A stretch of 64,000 bases of DNA from an uncultured Verrucomicrobiae bacterium. Lineage in GTDB: Bacteria > Verrucomicrobiota > Verrucomicrobiia > Limisphaerales > Palsa-1400. The position numbers and the translations under genes are program-made. The stretch covers positions 640,001-704,000 of the forward strand of contig CAVXRD010000004.1 in the NCBI GenBank assembly GCA_963764165.1, given 5' to 3'. Position 1 is the first letter of the stretch. The number at the start of each line of letters is the position of its first letter. A model generated the notes under the pieces. It saw only the letters and a list, made by a program, of their open reading frames with translations. It was not told the DNA's origin and did not search any database. Of this stretch, positions 29,866 through 41,512 are shown one piece after another.

Positions 29866-30294
29866 TTAATGGGCGCGAGCCAGAAGAAATTTGTTCACGA
29901 CCTCGCGCAATTGCTCAGGGGCCGGGGGCTTGATCAGATACAACGCCGCGCCCAGCGATTCTGCGCGCTGCTGGTCTTCAGGCTGGTTTGAGGACGTCAA
30001 TACTACGACGGGCGGGCGCGGGCATTCGGCGTGGCGGCGCATCCATTCCAGAACCTCGAAGCCGTTGACGTGCGGCAGTTTCAAGTCCAGGAACATGATG
30101 TCCGGCACCGGATTGGCGGCGGTATCGGAAAACTTGCCTTTGTTCATAAGGCAATCGATGGCTTCGATGCCGTCCGAGGCGACTCGGAACGCCGCGGCGA
30201 GACCGCTTTTGTTCACGGCGCGGCGGAAAAAGAACACGTCATCCGCCGAGTCTTCAACGAGCAGAATATTAGTGGGATTACCTGTTGCAGGCAT
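29866..30294 (-). CDS. Single-domain response regulator
   Basis: LLVEDSADD, FLDLKLPHVNG, LTSS and KP. Confidence 0.9.
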   Translation of the reverse strand: MPATGNPTNILLVEDSADDVFFFRRAVNKSGLAAAFRVASDGIEAIDCLMNKGKFSDTAANPVPDIMFLDLKLPHVNGFEVLEWMRRHAECPRPPVVVLTSSNQPEDQQRAESLGAALYLIKPPAPEQLREVVNKFLLARAH

Positions 30295-30300
30295 AAATTC

Positions 30301-31566
30301 CTATGAATTTTTCGGGGGAGCGCCATCGCGCGTGTTTTTTACCGGCAGCAAATCCACCCAAAAGCGGCTGCCCTTTCCCAGGGCCGATTCGACTCCGCAC
30401 ACACCGCCCATTCTTTGCACGGCGCGATTAACGATGGCCAAGCCGATGCCCGTGCCTTCGTAGCGATGCAAATCGCCCACGCGCTCAAACATGCTGAAAA
30501 TTTTCCGGTGATAATCGGGATCGATTCCAATGCCGTTGTCCTCGATCCACAGCCGGACCTGATTTCCGCGAGGCTCCGTGCGAATTCGCACTTCTGGAGC
30601 AACGCCGGGCTGGACGAATTTGGCGGCGTTGCTGATCAGGTTGCTGAGGCATTGCTCAAGCAAAAACGGGTGCCCCATGACATCCGAAATATCGGGATCA
30701 ATGATGAACTTCGCCGCGCCGGGCCTGCCGGCCGTCAATACTATGACAGCCTCCAGCAATTGCCGCAGATCAACCGGCTCCAGCGTTACCGATTCCCGCG
30801 CCACGCGTCCGTAGGCGAGCAGGTCGCGGGTGAGCGCATCCATCCTTTTTGAGGCGCGATCCAGCGCTTCCAGATGCCCCCTGCCCTCGTCGTCGAGCCG
30901 GGCGCCGTAATCTTCCAGCAGCACATTGACGTAACCGCTGATGGAGCGGAGCGGAGCGCGCAAATCATGCGACACGGTATAGGAAAAAGCCTCCAGCTCA
31001 CTGTTGGCGATTTTCAACTCGTCATTCAATTTTTGGATGACTTCCAGCTGCTCGGCTTGCCGGCGGTTGTGGTCCACCAAATCCGCCGCCTGGCTCTTGA
31101 TAAGCTGGGTTTGGCGCGCCAATTCCACAAACACGCTGACCTTCGCCTTGAGCACCTGCGGAACGACGGGCAAAAACAGGTAATCGACCGCGCCCAGCTC
31201 GTAACCTTTGAGCCGGTCGATGTCGCTCGTGTTGTAGCCGGTAACGAAAATAATGGGCGTTTTTTCAAAGCGGGGCCGCTGCCGGATGAGCGCCGCCGTT
31301 TCAAAGCCGTCCATGTTGGGCATGTTCACATCAAGAAGAATGACGGCGAAGTCGTAGCGCAGCAAATGGCCGAGCGCTTCCACGCCGTTGCGGGCCTTGA
31401 CGATGTGCTGGCCCAATTCGGAAAGAATGGCCTCGTGCGCCATCAGCTTTCCTGGCTGGTCGTCGACCATGAGAATGTTGACGATCTCCTTTGGGAGGGA
31501 GTTCGCCTTTTTCTCACTTGGCGGCAGCACCGTTGTTAAGTCGTGCATAATGGGGATGGTCGGCAT
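30301..31566 (-). CDS. REC-HisKA-HATPase hybrid histidine kinase
   Basis: LLDVNMP, SHDLRAPLR, NLISNAAKF, DNGIGI and GTGIGL. Confidence 0.92.
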   Translation of the reverse strand: MPTIPIMHDLTTVLPPSEKKANSLPKEIVNILMVDDQPGKLMAHEAILSELGQHIVKARNGVEALGHLLRYDFAVILLDVNMPNMDGFETAALIRQRPRFEKTPIIFVTGYNTSDIDRLKGYELGAVDYLFLPVVPQVLKAKVSVFVELARQTQLIKSQAADLVDHNRRQAEQLEVIQKLNDELKIANSELEAFSYTVSHDLRAPLRSISGYVNVLLEDYGARLDDEGRGHLEALDRASKRMDALTRDLLAYGRVARESVTLEPVDLRQLLEAVIVLTAGRPGAAKFIIDPDISDVMGHPFLLEQCLSNLISNAAKFVQPGVAPEVRIRTEPRGNQVRLWIEDNGIGIDPDYHRKIFSMFERVGDLHRYEGTGIGLAIVNRAVQRMGGVCGVESALGKGSRFWVDLLPVKNTRDGAPPKNS

Positions 31567-31570
31567 TTGC

Positions 31571-34500
31571 TCAACGATGCAGCCAGACGCGCATCAAGGA
31601 TACCAATTGCTCACTGTTGACTGGTTTTGCGATATAATCAGACGCTCCGGCTTCGAGGCATTTTTCGCGGTCACCTTTCATGGCTTTGGCCGTCAGAGCA
31701 ATCATCGGCAGCATTTTGTGCCGCGGATTGCCGCGAATGACTTGCATGGTCTCATAACCGTCCATTTCGGGCATCATGATGTCCATCAAGACTAGTGAAA
31801 TGTCAGGTGATTGTTCCAGCAAATTGATCGCTTCGCGCCCGTTGGAGGCGCTGACGACGTTCATGCTATGGCGCTCCAGCAGGCTGGTCAGGGCAAAGAT
31901 GTTGCGGACGTCGTCGTCGACGACCAGCACTTTTTTATCGGCCAGGGCCTCGTCGGTGTGATGCAGGCGCTCCAGCATCCGCTGCTTGTTCGGCGGCAGA
32001 TTTGTCACAATGCGATGGAGGAACAGCGCCGTTTCGTCGAGCAAGCGCTCGGGCGATTGCACGCCTTTGATGATGATGCTCTTGGCGATTTTGTGCAGGC
32101 GGGTCTCCTCCTCGGGGGACAATTCCTTGCCGGTAAAGACAACAATCGGCAATTCGCGCAAGGCAGGCTCGCTTTCAACCTTGGCCAGCAGTTCGAACCC
32201 GGAAATATCCGGCAAGCGAAGGTCAAGCACGACGCAGTCAAATGAACGGTCATGCATCAAACTCCACGCTTCCTCGCCCGTGCCGACGCTGGTGATCTCA
32301 ACGTCTCCATGCGCCAGCAATTCGATGATGGACGAGCGCTCGGTCGGATCGTCGTCAACCACCAGAAGCTGTTTGGTGCGCGGCTTGGTGAATTCCTGGA
32401 TGCGGTTCAACGCCGCTTCAAGCCCTTCGGTCGTGACCGGTTTGTTCAAATAGGAGAACGCGCCGCGCTCCAAACCGTGCTGCCGCTCCTCTTCCATCGT
32501 GATGATTTGCACGGGAATATGGCGGGTGGTCGGATCCTGCTTCAAATGGCTCAATACCGTCCAGCCGAGCATGTCCGGCAGAAAGATGTCGAGGCTGATG
32601 GCGGTGGGTTTGAATTCCCGGGCCAGCGAAAGCGCCACGCTTCCGCGCATGGCCACCAATCCCTTGAATCCCTTGTCACGCGCCAATCCCAGCAGGACAC
32701 GCGCATAATGCGGATCGTCTTCCACGATGAGAAGGACAGTGTCGCCATCGTGGATATTGTCGCGGTCATCCAGGACGGTCTCTGAACTCGCGGTCGGCAG
32801 CACTTTCATGGTGGGCGCCTCGGCATCCGACGGGCGGGCCACGGACGGGCCGGCGTAGGTTTGCGGCAAATAGAGCGTGAATGTGCTGCCTTCGCCCAGC
32901 GTGCTGGTGAGCCGGATTTCGCCCCCCAGCAAGTTCGCCAGTTCGCGGCTGATGGCCAGGCCAAGACCCGTGCCGCCGTATTTGCGGCTCGTTCCGGCGT
33001 CCGCCTGCTGGAACGCTTCGAAGATAATTTTCTGTTTTTCCGGCGGAATGCCGATCCCAGTATCCGTCACCTCAAACGCCAGCACCGATGGCGCGCGTTT
33101 CAACACGGGGTGATCCATGGACCATCCGGTCTGCGCGAGCCGGACGTTGAAGGTCACGCGGCCCTGCCCCGTGAATTTGAAGGCGTTGGACAAAAGGTTC
33201 TTGAGAATCTGGAACAGGCGCTTGGCGTCCGTGATGAGCTGGCGCGACAGATGCGGGTCGAGGCTCAAGGAGAAGCCAAGATTGCGCGTGTCGGCGACGT
33301 GGCGGAAGTTTCGCTCCACCGTATCGCGCACCGAGGCGAAGCTGACTTCTTCCGCCTCAATGGTGACCGTGCCGGACTCGATCTTGGACAAGTCAAGAAT
33401 ATCGCTGATGAGGTTGAGCAAGTCCGTTCCCGCGCTGTGGATCGTCTTGGCGTATTCAACCTGCTTGCCGCTCAAGTTGCCTTGCGGGTTATCCAGCAAT
33501 TGCTGGCCGAGAATCAGGATGCTGTTCAGCGGTGTGCGCAATTCGTGCGACATATTCGCCAGGAATTCGGACTTGTACTTCGAGGTGAGCGCGAGTTCGG
33601 ACGCCTTTTCTTCCACCGCGCGGCGGGCTTGCTCAATTTCCTGGTTCTTGCGCTCGACTTCGGCGTTTTGCTCGGCTAACTGGCGCGCTTTTTCGGCCAA
33701 TTCCTCGTTCGTGCGCTGCAGCTCGATTTGGCGGGTTTGCAATTCGCTGGCCAGCTCCTGCGATTGCTGGAGCAAGCCCTCAGTGCGCATCGTCGCCTCA
33801 ATCGTGTTCAACATGATGCCGATGCTGCCCGTCAACTGTTCAAGGAACGCCATGTGCGTTTGTGTAAAGGCGTTGAGCGAGGCAAGTTCGATGACGGCTT
33901 TGGTCTGTCCTTCGAAGAGCACGGGCAGCACGACGACGTTGGCCGGGTCGGTTTCCATCAGGCCGGATGTGATTTCGATTTGATGATCGCGGACAGAATT
34001 CAGCAGAAGCGTTTTCTTTTCAACGGCACACTGGCCGATGAGCCCTTCGCCCAGCATGACCGTTTCGCCGGTGCCGCTGCGACGGCGATGCGCGTAACCA
34101 GCCAGCAGTTTGAGGCTCGCGTCCGTCTCGCGCGATTCCATCTGGTAGATGACGCCTTGATGGGCGTTGACGAGCGGGGCCAATTCGGAGAGCAGCATGC
34201 GCCCGACCGTAATAAGGTCGCGCTGGCCCTGCAACATGCGGGTGAATTTGGCGATGTTCGTCTTGAGCCAATCCTGTTCCGTGTTGCGCTGGGTGGTGTC
34301 GCGCAAGTTGCTGATCATCGCGTTGATGTTGTCTTTGAGTTCCGCGACTTCACCGCGCGCGATGACTTGGATGGAGCGCGTCAAGTCACCCTTCGTCACC
34401 GCCGTGCCGACTTCCGCGATGGCGCGCACTTGCGTCGTCAGGTTCGCAGCCAGCAGGTTGACGTTATCCGTCAAATCTTTCCACGTTCCCGAAGCGCCGG

Positions 34501-37500
34501 GGACGTTGGCCTGGCCGCCAAGACGGCCTTCGACGCCGACTTCGCGGGCAACCGTGGTCACCTGTTCGGCGAAGATGGCCAGCGTGTCGGTCATGTTGTT
34601 AATCGTGTCGGCCAAGGCCGCGATTTCACCTTTCGCCTGCACCGTGAGCTTTTGGTTCAAGTTACCGTTGGCGACCGACGTCACCACTTTCACGATGCCG
34701 CGCACCTGGTCGGTCAGGTTGGCGGCCATGACGTTGACGGAGTCGGTCAAATCTTTCCAAGTTCCAGCCACACCGGGCACTTGAGCCTGGCCACCGAGTT
34801 TGCCTTCTGTTCCGACTTCGCGGGCGACGCGGGTTGCTTCGGCGGCGAAGGCGTTCAATTGATCCACCATGACGTTAATGGTGTTTTTCAATTCAAGAAT
34901 TTCGCCCTTCACGTCCGCCGTGATCTTCTTCGACAAGTCGCCCTTCGCGATGGCCGTCGCCACTTCCGCGATGTTGCGGACTTGGGCCGTCAGGTTGCCC
35001 GCCATGACGTTGACGGAGTCGGTAAGGTCTTTCCACGTTCCAGCGACACCAGGCACGATGGCTTGACCGCCTAATTTTCCTTCGGTGCCGACTTCGCGTG
35101 CGACGCGCGTCACCTCGGCAGCGAAGGAGCGGAGTTGGTCGACCATCGTGTTGATGGCTTCCTTCAACTGGAGAATTTCACCGCGCACGTCCACCGTAAT
35201 TTTCTTGGACAAGTCACCGTTGGCGACCGCGATGGTGACGTCGGCGATGTTGCGCACCTGGGCAGTAAGGTTGGACGCCATGGAGTTGACGTTGTCCGTC
35301 AAATCCTTCCACGTTCCAGCGACGCCGGGCACTTGCGCCTGACCGCCGAGTTTGCCTTCCGTTCCCACTTCGCGGGCCACGCGCGTCACTTCGGATGCGA
35401 AGGCGTTCAATTGGTCCACCATCGTGTTAATGGTGTTCTTCAATTCCAAAATTTCGCCTTTCACGTCCACCGTGATCTTGCGGGACAAGTCACCGCGCGC
35501 CACAGCCGTCGTGACTTCGGCGATGTTACGCACTTGCGCCGTCAGGTTGGAGGCCATGGAGTTGACGTTATCCGTCAAACCCTTCCACGTTCCAGCGACC
35601 CCGGGCACCTGCGCCTGGCCGCCGAGTTTGCCTTCCGTTCCCACTTCGCGAGCCACGCGCGTCACTTCGGACGCAAAGGCGTTCAATTGATCCACCATCG
35701 TGTTAATGGTGTTTTTGAGATCCAAAATTTCGCCTTTGACTGGCACCGTGATTTTGCGCGACAAGTCGCCGTTGGCGATCGCCGTCGCTACTTCGGCGAT
35801 GTTACGCACCTGGCCGGTCAAGTTACCAGCCATCGAATTGACGTTGTCCGTCAGATCCTTCCAAGTTCCAGCCACGCCGGACACCTGGGCCTGGCCGCCC
35901 AGCGTTCCTTCGGTGCCGACCTCGCGGGCCACACGCGTCACTTCGGACGCGAACGCGTTCAATTGATCCACCATCGTGTTAATGGTGTTTTTGAGTTCGA
36001 GAATTTCGCCTTGGACGTCGACCGTCACCTTGCGGGACAAGTCGCCGCGCGCGACAGCAGTCGCGACTTCCGCGATGTTGCGGACTTGGGCGGTGAGGTT
36101 ACCCGCCATCGAGTTGACGTTGTCGGTCAAATCCTTCCACGTTCCGGCCACACCGGGCACTTCAGCCTGACCGCCGAGCTTGCCTTCGGTGCCGACTTCG
36201 CGGGCCACGCGAGTTACTTCGGATGCGAACGAGCGGAGCTGGTCGACCATCTTGTTAATGGCTTCCTTCAATTGGAGAATTTCGCCGCGCACGTCCACCG
36301 TGATCTTCTTGGACAAGTCGCCGTTGGCCACCGCGATGGTCACGTCGGCGATGTTACGCACCTGAGCTGTAAGGTTGGAGGCCATGGAGTTGACGTTGTC
36401 AGTCAAATCTTTCCACGTTCCCGCCACACCGGGCACGATGGCTTGGCCGCCCAATTTTCCTTCCGTGCCGACTTCGCGCGCGACGCGCGTTACTTCGGCC
36501 GCGAAGGAGCGAAGTTGGTCGACCATCGTGTTAATGGCTTCCTTCAACTGGAGAATTTCGCCGCGCACGTCCACAGTGATCTTCTTCGACAAGTCGCCGT
36601 TGGCGACCGCAATGGTTACGTCTGCGATGTTGCGGACTTGGGCAGTAAGGTTCGACGCCATGGAGTTGACGTTGTCGGTCAAATCTTTCCACGTTCCAGC
36701 GACACCGGGCACGATGGCTTGGCCACCCAATTTTCCTTCGGTGCCGACTTCGCGCGCGACACGGGTGACTTCAGACGCGAATGCGTTCAATTGATCCACC
36801 ATTGTGTTAATGGTGTTCTTCAATTCCAGAATTTCGCCCTTCACGTCCACCGTGATCTTGCGCGACAAGTCACCGCTGGCCACGGCTGTCGTGACTTCGG
36901 CGATGTTACGCACTTGCGCCGTAAGATTGGAAGCCATGGAGTTGACGTTATCCGTCAAGTCCTTCCAAGTTCCAGCGACACCGGGCACTTGCGCCTGGCC
37001 GCCGAGCTTGCCTTCCGTTCCGACTTCGCGAGCGACACGCGTCACTTCCGCAGCGAAGGAGCGGAGCTGCTCCACCATTAGGTTGATCGTTTCCTTGAGC
37101 TGCAGAATTTCTCCGCGCACGTCCACCGTGATCTTTTTCGACAAGTCACCATTGGCCACCGCAATCGTCACTTCAGCAATGTTACGGACTTGGGCGGTGA
37201 GGTTGGAGGCCATGGAATTGACGTTGTCCGTCAAGTCTTTCCACGTTCCGGCGACACCGGACACTTGGGCCTGGCCGCCGAGTTTTCCTTCCGTTCCGAC
37301 TTCGCGAGCGACGCGCGTCACTTCGGAGGCGAATGCGTTCAATTGATCCACCATCGTGTTAATGGTGTTCTTCAATTCCAATATTTCGCCCTTCACGTCC
37401 ACCGTGATTTTGCGAGACAAGTCGCCGCGCGCCACAGCCGTCGTGACTTCGGCGATGTTACGCACTTGCGCCGTGAGGTTGGAGGCCATGGAGTTGACGT

Positions 37501-39505
37501 TGTCTGTCAAATCCTTCCACGTTCCAGCGACACCGGGCACTTGCGCTTGTCCGCCGAGTTTGCCTTCCGTTCCGACTTCGCGGGCCACGCGTGTCACTTC
37601 GGCGGCGAACGAGCGAAGCTGCTCCACCATCAGGTTGATCGTTTCCTTGAGCTGCAAAATTTCTCCGCGCACGTCCACCGTGATTTTCTTGGACAAGTCG
37701 CCGTTGGCCACGGCGATCGTCACTTCGGCGATGTTTCGCACTTGAGCGGTGAGGTTGGAGGCCATGGAATTGACGTTGTCGGTCAAGTCCTTCCACGTTC
37801 CAGCGACACCGGGCACTTGCGCTTGTCCACCGAGTTTGCCTTCGGTGCCGACTTCACGCGCCACGCGCGTCACTTCGGCGGCGAATGAACGAAGCTGCTC
37901 CACCATCGTGTTAATGGTGTTTTTGAGTTCGAGAATTTCGCCTTTGACGTCCACCGTGATCTTCTTCGACAAGTCACCCTGCGCGATGGCTGTTGCCACC
38001 TCCGCGATGTTACGGACTTGCGCCGTCAGGTTGCCTGCCATGATGTTGACCGAGTCGGTAAGGTCTTTCCACGCTCCGGCCACACCGGGCACGATGGCTT
38101 GACCGCCCAGTTTTCCTTCGGTGCCGACTTCGCGCGCGACGCGCGTCACTTCAGCGGCGAACGAGCGCAATTGATCGACCATCGTATTAATGGCTTCTTT
38201 GAGCTGCAGAATTTCGCCGCGCACGTCCACGGTGATTTTCTTGGACAAGTCACCGTTGGCCACGGCGATGGTTACGTCGGCGATGTTACGCACTTGCGCC
38301 GTGAGGTTCGAAGCCATCGAGTTGACGTTATCCGTCAAGTCTTTCCACGTTCCAGTCACACCGGGCACTTGGGCCTGGCCGCCGAGCTTGCCGTCCGTTC
38401 CGACTTCGCGGGCCACGCGCGTTACTTCCGACGCGAACGCGTTCAATTGATCCACCATCGTATTAACGGTGTTCTTCAGTTCCAAAATTTCACCCTTCAC
38501 GTCGACAGTGATCTTCTTGGACAAGTCGCCCTTCGCGATAGCCGTCGCAACTTCAGCGATGTTGCGGACTTGCGCGGTCAAGTTGTTGGCCATGAAGTTG
38601 ACCGAGTCGGTCAAGTCTTTCCAAGTTCCAGCCACACCGGGCACGATGGCCTGTCCGCCGAGTTTGCCGTCCGTTCCCACTTCGCGAGCCACGCGCGTCA
38701 CTTCGGAAGCGAAGGAGCGGAGTTGATCGACCATCGTGTTGATGGCTTCTTTGAGCTGCAAAATTTCGCCGCGCACGTCGACGGTGATTTTCTTGGACAA
38801 GTCGCCGTTGGCGACCGCGATGGTCACATCCGCAATGTTGCGAACCTGGGCCGTCAGGTTGGAGGCCATGGAGTTCACGGACTCGGTCAATTCCTTCCAC
38901 ACGCCGCTGGCTTTTTTCACCTGCGCCTGGCCGCCGAGCTTGCCTTCTGAACCGACTTCGCGCGCGACGCGAGTCACTTCCGAAGTAAACAAATTCAATT
39001 GCCCGATCATCGTGTTGACGATCTTGGCGCTGCGAAGGAATTCGCCCTTGAGCGGGCGGCCCTCGACTTCAAGACCCATGTCGCGGGTCAAATCGCCCTT
39101 GGCCACGGCGTCGATCGAACGCGTGATTTCGGCCACGGGATAAGCAAGGTCGGAAACGAGCGTGTTGACCGAGGATTCCATGTCCGCCCAAGCGCCGCCG
39201 CGAGCGCCGAAGTTGGCGCGCTCGCTCAATTTTCCGTCTTTGCCGACGACCCGGCCCATGCGTTCCAATTCATTCGCCATCCGCTGGTTGGTCAGCATGA
39301 TTTCGTTGAACACGTCGGAAATCTTGCCCTCGATGCCGACCATGTTGGAAGGCAGGCGGACGGAAAAATCACCGTCGCGGGCCGAAATCAAAACGGTCAG
39401 CAACTGGCCGTAGTCTAAGGCCACGATTTCCGGCGGGCGCGCCTTTCCGTTGGAGGGCTTATCGAGGTCGAGATCTTCTGTCAGGGGGGGCTTAAAGGAA
39501 CTCAT
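31571..39505 (-). CDS. Cytoplasmic poly-HAMP hybrid histidine kinase (group III/Nik1-like): ~18 x 92-aa units, GAF, HisKA, HATPase, 3 REC
   Basis: 17 copies of a VAREVG.EG.LGGQA-type motif plus one degenerate N-terminal unit. [19 protein letters not shown] and GGTGLGL. Three receivers with Asp intact. No TM. Confidence 0.95.
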   Translation of the reverse strand: MSSFKPPLTEDLDLDKPSNGKARPPEIVALDYGQLLTVLISARDGDFSVRLPSNMVGIEGKISDVFNEIMLTNQRMANELERMGRVVGKDGKLSERANFGARGGAWADMESSVNTLVSDLAYPVAEITRSIDAVAKGDLTRDMGLEVEGRPLKGEFLRSAKIVNTMIGQLNLFTSEVTRVAREVGSEGKLGGQAQVKKASGVWKELTESVNSMASNLTAQVRNIADVTIAVANGDLSKKITVDVRGEILQLKEAINTMVDQLRSFASEVTRVAREVGTDGKLGGQAIVPGVAGTWKDLTDSVNFMANNLTAQVRNIAEVATAIAKGDLSKKITVDVKGEILELKNTVNTMVDQLNAFASEVTRVAREVGTDGKLGGQAQVPGVTGTWKDLTDNVNSMASNLTAQVRNIADVTIAVANGDLSKKITVDVRGEILQLKEAINTMVDQLRSFAAEVTRVAREVGTEGKLGGQAIVPGVAGAWKDLTDSVNIMAGNLTAQVRNIAEVATAIAQGDLSKKITVDVKGEILELKNTINTMVEQLRSFAAEVTRVAREVGTEGKLGGQAQVPGVAGTWKDLTDNVNSMASNLTAQVRNIAEVTIAVANGDLSKKITVDVRGEILQLKETINLMVEQLRSFAAEVTRVAREVGTEGKLGGQAQVPGVAGTWKDLTDNVNSMASNLTAQVRNIAEVTTAVARGDLSRKITVDVKGEILELKNTINTMVDQLNAFASEVTRVAREVGTEGKLGGQAQVSGVAGTWKDLTDNVNSMASNLTAQVRNIAEVTIAVANGDLSKKITVDVRGEILQLKETINLMVEQLRSFAAEVTRVAREVGTEGKLGGQAQVPGVAGTWKDLTDNVNSMASNLTAQVRNIAEVTTAVASGDLSRKITVDVKGEILELKNTINTMVDQLNAFASEVTRVAREVGTEGKLGGQAIVPGVAGTWKDLTDNVNSMASNLTAQVRNIADVTIAVANGDLSKKITVDVRGEILQLKEAINTMVDQLRSFAAEVTRVAREVGTEGKLGGQAIVPGVAGTWKDLTDNVNSMASNLTAQVRNIADVTIAVANGDLSKKITVDVRGEILQLKEAINKMVDQLRSFASEVTRVAREVGTEGKLGGQAEVPGVAGTWKDLTDNVNSMAGNLTAQVRNIAEVATAVARGDLSRKVTVDVQGEILELKNTINTMVDQLNAFASEVTRVAREVGTEGTLGGQAQVSGVAGTWKDLTDNVNSMAGNLTGQVRNIAEVATAIANGDLSRKITVPVKGEILDLKNTINTMVDQLNAFASEVTRVAREVGTEGKLGGQAQVPGVAGTWKGLTDNVNSMASNLTAQVRNIAEVTTAVARGDLSRKITVDVKGEILELKNTINTMVDQLNAFASEVTRVAREVGTEGKLGGQAQVPGVAGTWKDLTDNVNSMASNLTAQVRNIADVTIAVANGDLSKKITVDVRGEILQLKEAINTMVDQLRSFAAEVTRVAREVGTEGKLGGQAIVPGVAGTWKDLTDSVNVMAGNLTAQVRNIAEVATAIAKGDLSKKITADVKGEILELKNTINVMVDQLNAFAAEATRVAREVGTEGKLGGQAQVPGVAGTWKDLTDSVNVMAANLTDQVRGIVKVVTSVANGNLNQKLTVQAKGEIAALADTINNMTDTLAIFAEQVTTVAREVGVEGRLGGQANVPGASGTWKDLTDNVNLLAANLTTQVRAIAEVGTAVTKGDLTRSIQVIARGEVAELKDNINAMISNLRDTTQRNTEQDWLKTNIAKFTRMLQGQRDLITVGRMLLSELAPLVNAHQGVIYQMESRETDASLKLLAGYAHRRRSGTGETVMLGEGLIGQCAVEKKTLLLNSVRDHQIEITSGLMETDPANVVVLPVLFEGQTKAVIELASLNAFTQTHMAFLEQLTGSIGIMLNTIEATMRTEGLLQQSQELASELQTRQIELQRTNEELAEKARQLAEQNAEVERKNQEIEQARRAVEEKASELALTSKYKSEFLANMSHELRTPLNSILILGQQLLDNPQGNLSGKQVEYAKTIHSAGTDLLNLISDILDLSKIESGTVTIEAEEVSFASVRDTVERNFRHVADTRNLGFSLSLDPHLSRQLITDAKRLFQILKNLLSNAFKFTGQGRVTFNVRLAQTGWSMDHPVLKRAPSVLAFEVTDTGIGIPPEKQKIIFEAFQQADAGTSRKYGGTGLGLAISRELANLLGGEIRLTSTLGEGSTFTLYLPQTYAGPSVARPSDAEAPTMKVLPTASSETVLDDRDNIHDGDTVLLIVEDDPHYARVLLGLARDKGFKGLVAMRGSVALSLAREFKPTAISLDIFLPDMLGWTVLSHLKQDPTTRHIPVQIITMEEERQHGLERGAFSYLNKPVTTEGLEAALNRIQEFTKPRTKQLLVVDDDPTERSSIIELLAHGDVEITSVGTGEEAWSLMHDRSFDCVVLDLRLPDISGFELLAKVESEPALRELPIVVFTGKELSPEEETRLHKIAKSIIIKGVQSPERLLDETALFLHRIVTNLPPNKQRMLERLHHTDEALADKKVLVVDDDVRNIFALTSLLERHSMNVVSASNGREAINLLEQSPDISLVLMDIMMPEMDGYETMQVIRGNPRHKMLPMIALTAKAMKGDREKCLEAGASDYIAKPVNSEQLVSLMRVWLHR

Positions 39506-39517
39506 ATGGTGACTTTG

Positions 39518-40240
39518 TTAAACTGCGGAAAGGTGATTGGTGGGGGCTATCTCGCTTTGCATGCCGGGCTCGCGTTCGCTCTGAACCCATTGCACGGCGT
39601 GGTGAACCAGTTCGGTGGCGGTTTGCAGGTTGAGCTTTTCCTTGATGTGGGCGCGGTGCGATTCAATCGTCTTGACGCTCAAATGGAGCTTTTCTGCGAT
39701 GGGCCGGGTGCCATGCCCCTGGCCAATGAGCGAGAAGACTTCCAATTCGCGGTCGCTCAATTCCTCCACCGGCGAGCGGGCGACGGAACTGCGGCCATGC
39801 ACCATGCCGCTGAGCATCGTGGCGCTGAGGCGTTCGCTGACGTAAATCTCTCCGCGAATGATTTTTCGCAGCGCCGTCAGCACTTTTTCGGTCCCCTCCT
39901 GCTTCATGATGTAACCGGAAGCGCCGGCGCGAAGGGCGCGCGGGGCGTAAACCGATTCCTCATGCATGGAAAGCACCAGCATTTTGAGCTTCGGAAAACG
40001 CGCTTTGGCGTTCTTGAGCAGCTCAATGCCGCTAGCGCCGTTGAGGCTGATGTCGATCAACGCGACATCGGGCTGGAGCTTTTCCATCGCGGTCATGGCA
40101 GAGGGGGCATCTTCAGCTTCGCCAATACACGAAAGATCGACCTGTTGATCGATCAATTGGCCGACGCCTTTGCGCATGAGAGGGTGATCGTCCACGATCA
40201 GGACGCGAGTGGGGTTCTTTTTTGTGCCGTACTCGTTCAT
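39518..40240 (-). CDS. NarL/FixJ-family response regulator (REC + LuxR HTH)
   Basis: IVDDHP, DISL and LSDRELEVF...IAEKLHLSVKTIESHR. Confidence 0.93.
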   Translation of the reverse strand: MNEYGTKKNPTRVLIVDDHPLMRKGVGQLIDQQVDLSCIGEAEDAPSAMTAMEKLQPDVALIDISLNGASGIELLKNAKARFPKLKMLVLSMHEESVYAPRALRAGASGYIMKQEGTEKVLTALRKIIRGEIYVSERLSATMLSGMVHGRSSVARSPVEELSDRELEVFSLIGQGHGTRPIAEKLHLSVKTIESHRAHIKEKLNLQTATELVHHAVQWVQSEREPGMQSEIAPTNHLSAV

Positions 40241-40566
40241 TTTTCTTATGTCGTCGCAGGGGGTTCCCTGAACTACGACTCATATAAAACCACAAGCGGA
40301 CAAAGGGAAAAATCGGGGGACTCACGGTTCGCTGCGCCCTGAATCCCTTAGAATTGCATCAGGGATTGGATGAGGAGTTTGGCGGGGCTGGAAAACGATT
40401 TCTCGAAACTGCCTCCCATGCTGGGAGGTATTGGCAACGCGAGGTTAGCTCAGAAGCCGCTGCCACGCTTCCCATTATTCCCATTCCGTCCATAAAGATG
40501 GGACTGATGGGAATAATGGAACGGCTCGCCGACAGCCCCGCCCTATCTGGCGTGGATCACGGACGA

Positions 40567-41349
40567 TTACGCCGCGGCTACTGCCTCCGCGTCGGCTGGA
40601 ATTGCCTCGGGTGGCGCGGCGCCGCCTGCGATGGCGCGTTCGCTTTGAACCCATTGAATGGCCTGATGCACCAATTCGCTGGCGCTGGCGAGATGGAGCT
40701 TTTCCTTGATGTGGGCGCGGTGAGATTCAATCGTTTTGACGCTAAGGTGAAGCTTCTCAGCAATCGGGCGGGTGCCATGGCCCTGGCCGATGAGGCTGAA
40801 AACTTCCAATTCGCGATCGCTTAATTCTTCAACGGGGGAGGTCGTGACTTTCTTCCCGCCGATGGCCGTTTGCAGCATGCGGTTGCCAAGGCGTTCGCTC
40901 AAATAAACCTCGCCTTTCAAGACTTTGCGCAGGGCTGTCAACACGCTTTCGGTGCCTTCCTGCTTCATGATGTAACCGCACGCTCCAGCCCGCAGGGCGC
41001 GGTGGGCGTAAACCGATTCATCATGCATCGAGAGCACGAGCATTTTCAGTTTCGGAAAACGGGCTTTGATGTTCTTGATCAGCTCGATGCCGCTGGAGCC
41101 ATTGAGCGTGATGTCCACCAGGACGACATCAGGCAGGTTTTTCTCGATGACCGTGATGGCTTTGGGGGCGTCTTCAGCCTCGCCCACGACGGTGAGATCC
41201 TTTTCCTGCTCGATCAGCTGGCTGACGCCCTTCCGCATGAGCGGATGGTCATCCACCACAATCACGCGGGCGGCGTCCTTCTTTAAATTCACAACAGGAG
41301 TGATTTTGGCGCTGGGAGTTTCCACTGCTTTCATAGCGGTATTTTGCAT
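40567..41349 (-). CDS. NarL/FixJ-family response regulator, close paralogue of 39518-40240
   Basis: Same motifs and a near-identical HTH. Start could be 41334. Confidence 0.92.
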   Translation of the reverse strand: MQNTAMKAVETPSAKITPVVNLKKDAARVIVVDDHPLMRKGVSQLIEQEKDLTVVGEAEDAPKAITVIEKNLPDVVLVDITLNGSSGIELIKNIKARFPKLKMLVLSMHDESVYAHRALRAGACGYIMKQEGTESVLTALRKVLKGEVYLSERLGNRMLQTAIGGKKVTTSPVEELSDRELEVFSLIGQGHGTRPIAEKLHLSVKTIESHRAHIKEKLHLASASELVHQAIQWVQSERAIAGGAAPPEAIPADAEAVAAA

Positions 41350-41512
41350 AATCAAATTTCGTTTTTTTTACTCTTCGCAGCACGGGTACTATCCACGCAT
41401 CTGCATCTGCATATTTAACCTGTCACTAGCATTTCTGACAATCAGGCTGCCCCATATATGGTAGACCCCGGAATCCCCTAACATGCGGTAGGGGCATCGT
41501 CTACTATCCGCC

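Noticed and set aside
33728..39418. Many repetitive plus-strand ORFs, and the 276-bp periodicity as a CRISPR or DNA repeat array
   Set aside because: They are shadows of the poly-HAMP gene. The variation is at synonymous positions and there are no unique spacers.
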